NCBI RefSeq assembly: GCF_009914755.1
Contig: NC_060935.1
DNA from: the human T2T-CHM13v2.0 reference genome, Homo sapiens
DNA length: 64,000 nucleotides
Direction: 5' to 3' (one strand)
The translations under genes were made by a program, and so were the position numbers. Positions 25,701 to 39,530 of this stretch are shown here, one piece after another (the stretch's first letter is position 1; the number at the start of each line of letters is the position of its first letter). The notes under the pieces are model-generated. The model was given only the letters and a program-made list of their open reading frames with translations, was not told the DNA's origin and did not search any database.

Positions 25701-28700
25701 ATTCCAGGGGGTCACAACAAAGGAATAGCTGAAATTCAAACTTCATTATAGAGATTTTTCCCACCCTTACTTATTTCATCACAACTTAAACTACCAACAG
25801 GCTATCCTATTTAGTGAGGCATCACTGGTGCTGCACAGTAATTGGACTAAAATTATCTAGTCCTGGGGCAAAGATGAAGGTCCTTTAGGCCCTTCCTATG
25901 GAGTTATACATACATAATTACCTCTTCCAGAACTTTATATCTGATTGAAATTTAATCACCATAATATAACATTTTTATAACTCTTTAAATTTGTAAAATA
26001 GTATATGCTTTTTAAAACACTTCCACATCCTTAATGTCTGTTTCATAATTCAATTATAAGTACTGAGTTTTAAGCCACAATTATTCTTTCCAAACTAAGA
26101 ATTCCATAGTTATGTCTTTTTTAATACCATGCTTTACTCAGACATTTTAAATGTGTATAAAGAAAGTCACTCTCACAACACCCCAGTTTCCCTAGATAAT
26201 TCAGTTTTTAAGACACAATGTGAAGAGCAACTTGGTGAAACAATGCACAAGTTGTGTTGTAATCAAATAACAACTAAGACATGAGCAGCTGAGCAGAAGG
26301 AAGATGGGCAACGGAATGCTGTACAGCAATCAGCACTGTTGACTAATCAGAATTTGAGACACTAGAAGGTAATAAGGGTATTATAAAGAATGGCTTATTG
26401 AAGGAGCAGCTGTTTATGTGTAGCTCACTGTTTAAATGAGTTCCACTAGATTGCCATGGTATGTTTTGGTGAAAATGTTTAACTCCTTTTAAAATGATCA
26501 TTAGAGAAGAAACGGCAAGTGGCAAGTTTGGAGATATCAAAACACCAACTAAGATTTAACAGCTTTAGAACAGTTATCTGGGTGGTTTGAAAATGGTAGG
26601 AAATGCCCATTTCAATGACCTTTTAAGTCAAAAGTACTTAGGTACTCATTCTTCTCTTAAAAACCTTAGAAGTTAGGTCTATTCCACTATCATTACTGGG
26701 TAATGTTATGGGCACAAAGATGAAGCAGAAATATAATAGTGGAATCTTCAGAGGATAAGAAAAAGAAAAGGCAGAGTAAAAACACCCATCAGGACAGCCA
26801 CAAATTAAAGACTGTCTTCGAATTTAAAATGTGTCCATCTTCTCAATAACAAGAAGGAATAAGATCCTGAATTATATTTCAAAATAAAAGTTTTACATAT
26901 TTTTGTATTAAATATAATACAAAAGCCACTCTCCTACAATGACTTACAAGAAGTAAATAATTTTTAAAGCAGATGAGAGAGAATGCAAAATAACATTTAA
27001 TTAACTAATGTTACTTTCATAAAGTAATAATCATCTTATTCAAAACTATTTGTCACACAGTTGTGATAGCTTTGTAATTGGACTGATTTACAGTTTTGTC
27101 TTCCTTACTTTCACCCAAGAAGCAAGTGTCTACTGTTTCTTCTGCCCCACAAAAAAAATTCCATAAATTATAACATAAATGCACCAAATAATACTTCACT
27201 GAATTTATCATAATATAGTATTATGAATATTTCATTTTGACAAGTGTTCGGTAATATTTTTAAGCAGTCAGCAAGTGGTCAAAACTCTGCTATCTTTTGT
27301 AACAGTTCACATGTCAAACTGGCAAAGTGCCCATATTGTAAGGCAGAAAAAAAATCTATTTAATGTCTGCCCCACAAGGCGACATGAGGTTTGATTGGCA
27401 GAAAGCAGAGAGTGGCTTTTGATCATGTGTCCTAACAAGCAGTTCCAGCTCCTGTCTTTTCAGCTGATGGGCTCCACATTACCCATTCAAACAGAAATGA
27501 CAGACCACTGCACTACTCTCTGGCTCTAGTCACACGCAGTGGGAGCTATGCTGGAGACAGAGTCACTGATTAAATATATCACTTTTTCAAGACAAGCAGG
27601 TTGTCTGAATCAAAGTTGGACAGAATAGACTCAACATTATTAAAAGGGGATATAAAACTTGGATTGAGTGATGTTCAGCCAGTTTGCACAGCCTCAGGGA
27701 TTCCCAGGCTGACAGGGGGAATAAGGAACAGCAGAACTCATAAAACAGGGTCAGAAATTAGCTGTGACACCTTGGCTATTTTCCCATCACTTTAGGACCA
27801 CTGGGTTTCAAAATTCTGGAGTCTCTTTTTCACTTTTTTACTTTCTTTTTCTTTAAATGAATTCAGTAGAGGCAGAAAAACACATAAAAGCATGATTACT
27901 GCAGTTTGTCAATTATAGTCTTAAAGGGAATAAAATACTGGATGCAAACCCTTTGCGTCTTATTTTAAAACATACTAATATACGTTCTTCTGACTGGGAC
28001 CCTCATTTTAAAATTTTATTCCATTTATTCGTTTGGCATTATAGTGTAACTTTAAAATCCAGGAATATTAGTCATAGAAATTATACAGTTAAAAATTGTT
28101 TAAGTGTCCTGACAACCAGAGGGCTAGCCAAGTTCTAGTTATCATATTTAACCATCCTATTTTCTTTGCTATAGAATGCATATTATTTAAACCTTTGGCT
28201 TAAAATATACTTAAAGACATAAATGTCTAAAATGTATGGAATTTTTCAATACAAACTTGTCTAAATTTATGTGTTTTTTTTAGATTCTGAATATAGCCTC
28301 TCATAATCTAGAACATATTATCAGCTACCTATGTGATGCAAATAAATAAAATACAAAGTTGTTTCCTGTTTGGAAAAGTAAAAATAAGTACCCAAAGAAA
28401 TAAAAAAGAAAGCAACTATCTGGTCATAGAAACTAAGGAAATTATCTGAAACAAATCATTTGAAGCCAAAAGATATAATTGAATAAATGGTCCATTCAGA
28501 TGTTATTCTAAAACAGTCCTTCGAAGAGATTTTAACTTCTTCTTAACTCTTATATAAAGAATTAGTTTTACTTATTTTTTTTTAGTAACATACTCCAGCT
28601 ATTCCTTGGAACACTTATGTTCTTATTATTCGTTTTGGCATCACTGTAAATATTTAGTAGCAGCCTGCTCATTAGATGTTTAAGATATGATTAAAAGATT

Positions 28701-31271
28701 AAATACTCCTACCAAGATGAAGATAGAGTTTTAATATAGAAGAATAAGGAATTAAGAGTAGTCATGAAATAAGATACTGAACTAATAGAGGATGAAGAGA
28801 TACAAGAATTGCGTTTGCTGGAAGAAGATGGTAAAATTACAAAGAAATGGTGGGTATTAAACCTCTGAAAAGCAATATTTTCTTTTATTGTGTTACTTAT
28901 TTAGTTAAATTACTTTAAATTTCAAAGTTAATTAACACTAGCTGGTATATATTGGTTAAAGAATGTATCATTTTTCAGAATAATCTTAATACAAATAGTA
29001 TTTGATTTATGTTCCATATACCATAGAATATGTTATCACTGATAAACAGTTCCATATTAATCAAATATGCATTCTACTGCACGAAAATAAAGTTACATAT
29101 TCTCTAGCTTCTGCACTTCGTGTCTTTAAAGATCTTTGAGGATTAAGAAAATGATGATAACAATGTATTTTATCCCAAGTGATCACAGGCACGACCAAGC
29201 AATTATTTAGAAAGCTGGTTGTTTTCAAAAATGTTAGAAAATTAGCTTGATGAGGCTAATTTGACTCCTTATATGAGCCCAGATTTTTTTTATAAAAAAC
29301 GGGGGAGGGGTGGGAATCTTTATTGGGAATTGCTTCCCAAAATCTGAAATACAGTAAAGTGGCATTTCATGTTTTCCCTAAGAACTGGTTAATATTTAAC
29401 ATTCTTTTTTTTAAAATCACCACACGCCTTTTCATTTAAGACTGGAAGGAGAGAGAACAGGAAATTGCTAAAATGAATAGTCAACTACGATAGGTAAGAG
29501 GAGACAAAATCTGCGTATGTATTGCTAATATATTAGACTAAGTAAACCTGAAGCTCTGCAAAATATGTTTTTCCCTTTTTACAATCCAGGTGTAAAAAAC
29601 AACTGTGTATTACCCATGCTTTACCACATGGGTCTTTTATATTCTACACCAGGAAAGGCCAAAGAAAGGGGGGAGATATCCACAAAACATTTTGCAACAC
29701 CATAAAAAGGAATACTTTCTTTTAAAAAAATCCAAAATAATTAATTATTTTAGCCACTATATTATTGCTTACACTAATACACAGCAATAACATTTACATT
29801 GATTGAATTCTGTTTCCTTAATGTGAAATTTGTTTGGGGTTAATTAGCACGGCTGAGGAATAAGCTTAATAATTTTATGTTGTTTACACTGGAGGCAGTT
29901 TTCCACGAGCACTGCTCAGGGAGGAAGTGACATCTTCTAATTTCAGACAAAACATGGAGGTGAGGGCGGCTGCTCACTGTGGGATGGCAAGCGAGGCCCT
30001 TCCTCCTTCAGCAAGCTTCCCCAGTACTTGGGGTGTCTAATGGCCACAATACAAAGTTGTTCAAATTATTTCTCAGGCATGATAAGTTTCTAAACCAAAT
30101 ACTGAGCTGAGCAGGGATTAAAAAAAAGGACTTATACAAATGGAGAAAGTCCACAATATTAGACATTTTTACTGTCCCTTCCTTAAGAAAAAGCAGGTCT
30201 AATTAGTTGTCTTCCTAAAATGCATACCTAGCATTTTTATTATGTATTATAACATTTTGCTCAGAGCTGACATTTTTATTCTGACAAGCACTGTCTGGAG
30301 AGCTCTCAATAAATAATACATTGACAATTTTCAGTAAATAAGCAGTGGACACAAATCGTTATCCTTACTTACAGCTGCCCCACTCTAATAGTGCTTTTAC
30401 AAGTGAGGTGACTATTCAGTCTAATGCAATCCTCTCAGTGCTGGAAAGACATTTTCATTCATTACCACGGTCACAAGCACTTAAAGCACTTTTAAGCCCT
30501 GTTGCAAAACAGCAGGAATGGCAGAGCAAGTGGGGCTAACGAAAACTGAAGTTCATCACCAGAGAAACCTGCGGCTGTTCACCTTAACAACTAGGAAATT
30601 CACTTCTACCTAGGCCACCTCAACACTTCTAGATCTACATGTCTAAGAAGAATACAGAGTTTTCTTTGGCCATTAAATGTTAAAGCCTGTGGGTTTTGTT
30701 TTTCACATTATTTTGGCTCATCATCCAATAATATTTATTAAGCACCATAAGATAAGATAAGGGATCACTCTGTGACCTGTGTGCTATACCTTTGATCAAG
30801 GTACAGAAACAATATCTGAATCCAGATTATTACATCTGAAACCACACAATACCTTTTCTTTTTTCCCTCATCAACTTTTCTTCCCTAACAATGGCCCCCA
30901 ACACTATCACTCTAAACTAGTCACTAAGCCACTAAGGCAGTCCTGAATTTAATTCTTATTCATGAAATCACATCAATTTGATTTTCTAGCAATGTGAGAA
31001 ACAAACTTATATGAAATAAGACTTAAAGAAAGAATAATAAAATGAGAAGGTAATATCTATTACTCCTTGACATATACAGCCTGTAGCTAGTACTTTCACC
31101 CTACTTCTTAATCAAACAAATTTATCCATTATTTGAACACTTCTTAGACAGTTAACCGATCACGAAGATGGCTAAAAATATGTTACCCAGTCAGAAGTCG
31201 ATTTAATGCTACCATATTACATGGCTTGGACTATATATTACAGAACAATATAGTAGAGTATATCTACTATA

Positions 31272-31448
31272 CCATAGTTCTCAATTGTTGGTGTGCATCT
31301 GAAATACGTGGAGAGATTGCTAAAACACAGGTTCATGGGCCCCATCCCAGAGTTTTTGATTTAGTAGGTCAAGGATGAAGCCCAAGAATTTGCACTTCAA
31401 ACAAGCTCCCAGGTGATGCCAATGCTACTGACAGTTTGAGAAACACTG
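31272..31448. mobile_element. MER5A (hAT-Charlie non-autonomous DNA transposon)
   Basis: TIR-like ends catagttctcaa / ttgagaaacactg. Internal gggccccatcccagagtttttgatt and aacaagctcccaggtgatgc. Confidence 0.85.
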
Positions 31449-31699
31449 GGCTACAAAATTAATTGAGTTCATCTGAACAGATAAGCTACACATGACTCAT
31501 GTTGGGGCTAAAGGTATAGTCACTTCCCTTATTTTATATGAATAGAATGATAGATTATGGAGTTTCCACATATGGACCAAGTTTGATGCAACAATGTTCA
31601 TTGTTGCAACCTGAAAGCAACAATGATAATTTGAAGTGAGTATCTAAGAAAAAAAAATTCAATCCATAAAACGACAAGAAAAGGAGCCAATATCTCTTC

Positions 31700-32950
31700 T
31701 AATCTCCAAGTCAGTCAATCGTACTTCTGCCTGCTAGATGTATTCCACCTTCATGGAATACTCAAACTTGGTATATCTAAATGCAAACCTTTTCCCCAAA
31801 CCTTCTCAACTCTCTATATTCACCATTCTAATAGCCCCACCATTAAATCTCTCAGCTAGATATCTCCCTAACCTCACACTCCACTCCTAATTAGCAACCT
31901 CAACTATACCTCAAACAGCTGATTCCTTCTCTCTTCTTCCCCTGCCATTGCCTTAGTTTAGAGTCTGATTAGTACCTGCCTGGACCATTAAAATAGCCTG
32001 CTACCAGATTCCCCTGTATTTGCCCTTGCCTCTTTCCAACTGATAGTCAAAATGCCACCAAAGTTACTTTTCTTAAAAAAGTGTTCAATTATGTCGATCA
32101 TCCTCCTACTTAAAAGTTCTCAACTGCTCCCCACTACCCAAAGGATAAAATTCAATTTCTGTAATAATGGCTTCAACATATTGTTTCAGTTGTGTCTCCT
32201 GTCCTAGTCACACCAAACTTCTTCACATTCATTAAACTCACAGGTTTATTCATACCATGAAACTTTGTACATGCTGTTCTCTCTACCTGGGATTCCATTA
32301 TATCTCCTGTTCACTATGATGAGCTTATCAAAATCTAGCTCGAATGTCAATAAATCCCTATTTAGATCTAGAAAAAAATTATGGTTTCCTCTTCTATACT
32401 TCTACAGCATTTTTTTTCTTTTTTTCTTTTTTTTTTTTTTTTTTTTTTTGAGAGGCAGTCTCGCTCTGTCACCCAGGCTGGAGTGCAGTGCACGATCTCA
32501 GGTCACTGCAACCTTCGCTTGCTGGGTTCACGTGATTCTCCTGCCACAGCCGCCTGTGTAGCTGGGATTACAGGCGTGCGCCACCACACCCAACTAATTT
32601 TTCTATATTTAGTAGAGACAGGGTCCTGCCATTTTGGCCAGGCTGATCTCATACTCCTGAACTCAAGTGATCCACCTGCCTCGGTCTCCCAAAGTGCTGG
32701 GATTACAGGCAGGAGCCACCGCACCCGGCCAGCCACAGTACCCAGCCAACACAGCATTTTATAGCTTCTTCTACTATTGTACTTATGATAATTACCTTAT
32801 TTACATGTGTTTCCTACTAAATTATGAGCTACTAAAAAACAATATTTATCTCTGTTCATCTTCTTCTACCCTTTTCTCCACTTTTACTTCTCTCCAACCC
32901 AGGCCCACTACAATACTGCATGAAAAAGCTTAATAAATGATTATGGAATT
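31700..32950 (+). mobile_element. L2 fragment interrupted by an Alu
   Basis: C-rich L2 text (ctcaaacttggtatatctaaa; cctggaccattaaaatagcctgcta; ctttgtacatgctgttctctctacctgg) ending aataaatgattatggaattaat. Confidence 0.75.
32414..32747 (-). mobile_element. Alu (AluSz/Jb-like) with duplicated 5' 17-mer; TSD acagcatttt
   Basis: Poly-T tail followed by antisense Alu. TSD at 32404-32413 and 32751-32760. Confidence 0.95.
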
Positions 32951-33763
32951 AATAAGCATATGTATGTGTGTATTTAAGTATGTATACATATGTTGTTATG
33001 TGTGTATATATGTATGTTTTGTTTAGATGAAGAGGCATTCTCTAAAAATTAAAGCTATTCATCTCCTTTTAATCATAATATTATTTATCTCTCTGAAAAC
33101 TTTTATAATAAATCAACAGTATTTTAGGTTAATGTATATTATATGCTAAGATCCATAACAGGCATTGTGAAGATAGACTAAAGATATGGTATGTGTCCTC
33201 AAGAAAATTAAAATCATCTTGTGAGGCAAGATCAATAAATGTAAAATAACAAATACTTTTCATCTATGTCAAAATCAGTTGAGCATATTTCTATGGTTTT
33301 ATCTGTGGATTCTCTAGTATATTCCATTGATATATGTGACTATTTTTCTTCCAATATCACATTGCCTTGATTACTACAGCTGTATAGTATGCCTTAATAC
33401 AGTATTGGGTAGAATAATTCCTAACACTTTATTCTTCTTTCTCAAGATTTTCTTAGCTATTCTAGAATATGATCCTTTCTATACAAATTTTAGAGTAAGT
33501 TTGTCTAGGTATATGAAAGTCTTGCTGGGATTTTGAAAGGAACTGCATAAAACATACAGACTATTTGGGGGAAAACTGTCATTTTTACCATGTTGAGTCT
33601 CCTAGTACATGAATACAATATGTCTTGTCATATTTTTAGGTCTTTTTTCATTTTTGTAATCAGCATTTTGTAATTTCAGCATATAGAACCTGCACATGTT
33701 GTTAAGTGCATACCTAAGCATATCATTTTATTTGGAGAAAATGTAAATAGTTTTGTGGGGGGT

Positions 33764-34492
<729 letters not shown>

Positions 34493-34657
34493 TAGGTTCA
34501 TTGCTATTGTATAGAAATGTGAATGATTTTTAAGTGTTCGTCTTATATCCTGTGACCTTGTTGACTCATTAGTTCTAAGAGGCTGGTTTTTTGTTTTGTT
34601 CTGTTTTATTTTGTACTTAGATTCCTTGGAATTTTCTATATAGATAATCACGTGATT

Positions 34658-36174
34658 TGCAAAGCAATTCAATGGAGGAAGGTTAGTCTTTTCAACAGAT
34701 GATGCCGCAGCAAATTAAACATCCATAGGCCAAAAGAAATGAGCCTTGACTTAAACCTCACACCTTATACAAAAATTAACTCAAAATGGATTATATACAT
34801 ATATGTAAAGTATAAAACTACACATCTTTCAGAAAAAAAAAAGGAGAAAATATTTAGAATCTAGGGTTAGGCAAAGTATTCTTAGACTTGATGCCCATAC
34901 TTGATCCATACAGTAAAAAATTGTTCAGTTGGACCTCATCAAAATTATAAACTTTCATCTGTGAAAGCCCATGTAAAGAGGATAACAGACAAGCTAAAGA
35001 CCGGGAGAAAATATTTCCAAACCATGTATCTATCATAGGACTAGTATTTAGAATAATAAAAAACTTTCACAACAGCAAAAATAAAACAATCCAATTAGAA
35101 AATAGACCGAAAACATGAGAAGACATTTTACCTACAAGGATACATATATGGCAAACAAACGTGTGAAATAATGTTCAACATCATTAGCCATAGCATAAAT
35201 GCTAATTAACCCTACAATAAGATATCAGTACACACCTATAAGAACAGTTAAAACAAAAGTGACAAAACCAAATGTTGACCAAGATGCAGAGATGCTGGAT
35301 CACTCATACATTGTGGGTGGCAATGTAAAATGGTACAGCTACTCTGAAATACAGTGTGGCAGTTTCTTATAAAATCCAACGTACAATATAGCCAGCAATT
35401 GTACTCTTGGGTACTAATTCCAAATAAATGAAAATTTATGTTACAAAACCCTGTACACAAATGTTCATAGCAAGTTTATTTGTAATAGTCAAAAACTGGA
35501 ATCTGCACAGATGTTCTTCAACAAGTAAATAGTTAAACATATGTGATTTATACATATGATGCATACCATGGAATACACTTAGCAAATTTTTAAGTATGAA
35601 CTTCTTAAAATTTTGTTTGTATTGACACCCATTAATTGGATTGGATGAATCTCCAGGGAAGTAAGCTGAGTTTTTTTTTTTAAGTAAATTCTAAAAAGCT
35701 ACATACTATATAATTCCATTTATATAACATCTTTAAGATGGCAAAATGTTAGAAGTAAAGAACATATTAGTAGTTGCCAGGGGTTTGGTATAGAAGGTGA
35801 GGGATGCTGGCATTGAAGCAGGGTAGGTGTGGTTACAAAAGAGCAACACAAGGAATTCTTATGATATCAAAACTGTTCAGCATTTGACTGTTGTAGTGGA
35901 TACATGAACCTAAATAGGTGACAAAAATATATAGAACTTAATACACACCCCCACACACAACTGAGTACAATAATGTAGTACAAATGGAGAGACAAGAGGA
36001 ACATCAGTGAATTGTTTCAATGTCAATAACCTGGTTGTGCTATTATACAACAGTTTTCTAAAATATTACCGCTGGGGGAAACCGGGCAAAAGGTACATAG
36101 AATCTCTCTGTATTATTTCCTATAGCTTCATGTAAATCTACAATTGTCTCAACAAAAATTTCAATTTAAAAAAG
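34658..36174 (+). mobile_element. L1MC-type 3' segment (ORF2 end plus 3' UTR)
   Basis: Runs from gcaattcaatggaggaaggttagtcttttcaac to ctacaattgtctcaacaaaaatttcaatttaaaaaa. Confidence 0.9.
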
Positions 36175-36395
36175 AGCAAACAGCATAATTAGGATTATAA
36201 TTTATTGATAAATGCAGTGGTGTACAGGTTTGAGTATTAATAATTTTAGAGGAGGAGACATTCACAAGTGCCAGTCAGTAGAAGATTAGGTATGATCTGG
36301 AAAATGGATAAATGGAAAATTTCAATAAACGGAGAGAATACAAAGTTATTCTGGATAGGAGGGATAATGACTAAGCTTGAAGTATGTTGGACTAA

Positions 36396-36785
<390 letters not shown>

Positions 36786-38989
36786 TACATCCTCGAATTT
36801 CTTAATCACAATGCTCACTAGAGAAAGATTACAACAGAACTCCAGGAACCAAATTCTAATTATGTGCAGTGTGTCTAATATAACTAAGGAATGTCCAAGT
36901 TATATGTTTGCGCAAGTGCAAAGGTCCTAAGACATGTTTAAGGAGGAGGGGAGTCGTCCATGGCAGAGAAGAGTAAAGTAATATAAAATGGGGCTTGAAA
37001 GCCAGAGTAATATGTTAGGATTTTAAGCAATGAATGTTATTCTAGGCATAATAGAAATTGATATCATTAGCCAGATACCAATGCTCCAATGCCAATAAAA
37101 TGCCTAAACTCTCTGGATATTAGATAACACCAATAAGAAGCAAAAGGGGCATAATTCTAAATGACTAAAGTTAAATACTGAAGTTCCTGATTTACCTAGA
37201 AGTGAGACCAGACTTTCTGCTATTAATCAGGGTCAAGGCTTAAGAGTTAAATTAAAACCAAGGAATAATTTTTAGGACTATGTACATTGGGCACATAAGA
37301 CAGTTTCCTGTCTACCTCTTCTACTTGAAATCAAAGAAAAATAGTTCCAAAACATGTGGCTTATGCTTTAATTCTTAAATTTTCCATCTCTCCCCTGTCC
37401 ATAACATAAGCAAAATGTTCAAGATAAGAGATATTTCTGGGGGATAAGCTAGAAAGCTCCAGTTAAGCTAGTAAAGGCATTCTGGAGTGAAATGGAATCC
37501 CAGTGCACACAGTTTGTTAGCCACTCTTTAAAAACTGCCCTTTGACTATAGGTTACTGTCATTCAAAAAGTATATATATTAGCATAATAATTCTGCTGCT
37601 GTTGTTGCCGCTGTAATGGTGCTGTTGCAAATAATTCAATATTTTGTCATATTTTCACAGTTGTTCTTCATTATACCTTCATCAATTTTTTTCTAGCCAC
37701 CTATTTGTATTTACTCATTTTCAATTCATTATTTGAGAGCAATTAGGGGAATCCACAGTCTTCTAATTTCTGCACTCCCAATGCTAGCGGATGGCATATA
37801 TTCTATTACTTCATTGTGAGAGTACTTGTCTGTTCTCTCAGTTCTAGGTACAGCTACTCAGTTATACTTAAACTCAAGACATCAACTAAGAAAGCTACGA
37901 TAGGTCTGAGCACCACACATATTCAGCTTTAAGCCACAGCCTTGAAGCCATGGCTTTGTCCGTAAGTGCTTCACTGGACAATGACAGTTTCAGATATCAA
38001 AATTGGATAGAAGCTTTTATCTCTATCTTTGTAAAAATTCTAACATCAGAAAGAAGAAATTGGAAATAGAAAAGGACAGTTTCAAGCATAATGAAAGAAA
38101 ATGAATCATGAGATTTATTCAGTTTGAACTGAAAATAGTTTAAAAGAGAAAAGTAATGATAGTAAACTCTAAAATTTGGATACAAACTGTAAAAGAAAAT
38201 CAAAATGGCATAGAATTTTACAAATTGTCCTTTAATGCTTATCTAGACCAACATCCTCATTTTATAAATTAAGAAACTAGTGCTTAGATCAATTAATTAA
38301 TTATTAGACACAACCTAATAAGTTAAAAAGAGTTAGGATAAGAATGCACATCAATCCCAAGCCAATATCTGTAAGGATTCTCAAGTTAAACATTCTGAGA
38401 GAGAGGTGAAGGTTTCCAGCTAATGTCGACTGTTTGGCCAGAAAAATGTCTATTTCAATATAAATGGTTGGCTAGAACAGTGGCAATAATTAATAGGTTT
38501 GTAATTTTGCATTTGAAGTAAGTATTTAAGTAAAAATTATTGTAAACCTGATGCAATTAGAGATGAGGAACTACTCTAATTCTAAAACCACACCCTGTGC
38601 TGGAAACATCAATAAAGAGGATCAAAAGGGAAAAAAGTGTTTCCTAACAAACCTAGTAATCACAGTCCAGTAGAAGAACGACGATATTCTTGTGCTCCTA
38701 GTTGAAAGGAGGGCTAAAGACATTCAGCCTGTTGTATTCAGATACAACAAAAGGAAAAAGGAAAATTGCAGTGAAGGGTCCATCAAAGGCTCTTGCTGAG
38801 CTTCTGAAAAGCTCAGTGATGAAGAAAAGCCTGTACTAGACATTTTGAGGAAGGTGGAACCAAAAGGTATAGACAGTTAAAGCTTTCAGGAATTCTAACA
38901 CAGGCGCATGCATGCACGTGCGTGCACACACACACACATATTGCAGCAGCAACTTCTTTGTGTAATGTTTTCCAAGAGAGTGGAAAAAG

Positions 38990-39530
38990 AACACAAAAAT
39001 GTGTCAATATCAATTCCACTCCTGGGGAAATGCCCTAGAGAAGAAACTTGTTCACATGTGCATCAGAAGACAGGTGCAAGAATCTTCATATGTTATTGTT
39101 TGCACCAGCAGAAAACTGGAAAAAGTCCAAGTGTCCAGAAACAATAAACAGGAGAATATACTGCTATATAGCATAGCATGGAATAGTATATGGAAGATTA
39201 CACAAAAGAGAAAATGAATGAAAGTTCACACAGCAAAACTGATGATAGAATATAAGAATAAAAAGCAAGTCACAAGAGGTTACAGTATGACATCATTTTT
39301 ATGAAGTTTGAAAACAAGGCTAAACAATCATTATTTAGCGACCGATTGGAAACTATTTTAAAACAAAAAAGGCAGATAATGATTAACAAAGTTCTGGCAA
39401 AAATGTAGATAAAAAAACAAAGATTGGACAGGTGAAGAAAACATAAGTAGATTCAATAGTATTAGAAATTTTTATTTAGTTGGATGCTGAGTTCACAAGT
39501 GTTTGTTTTACCTTTATGGTTTATAATATA
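38990..39530 (+). mobile_element. Old L1 (L1ME-like) 3' fragment
   Basis: caattccactcctgggga...ccctagagaagaaacttgttcacatgtgcatcagaagaca...aaaagcaagtcaca. Confidence 0.75.

Noticed and set aside
29301-29327. G-rich run GGGGGAGGGGTGGG...GGG as a G4
   Set aside because: The fourth G-run is 10 nt away, so it is a weak candidate.
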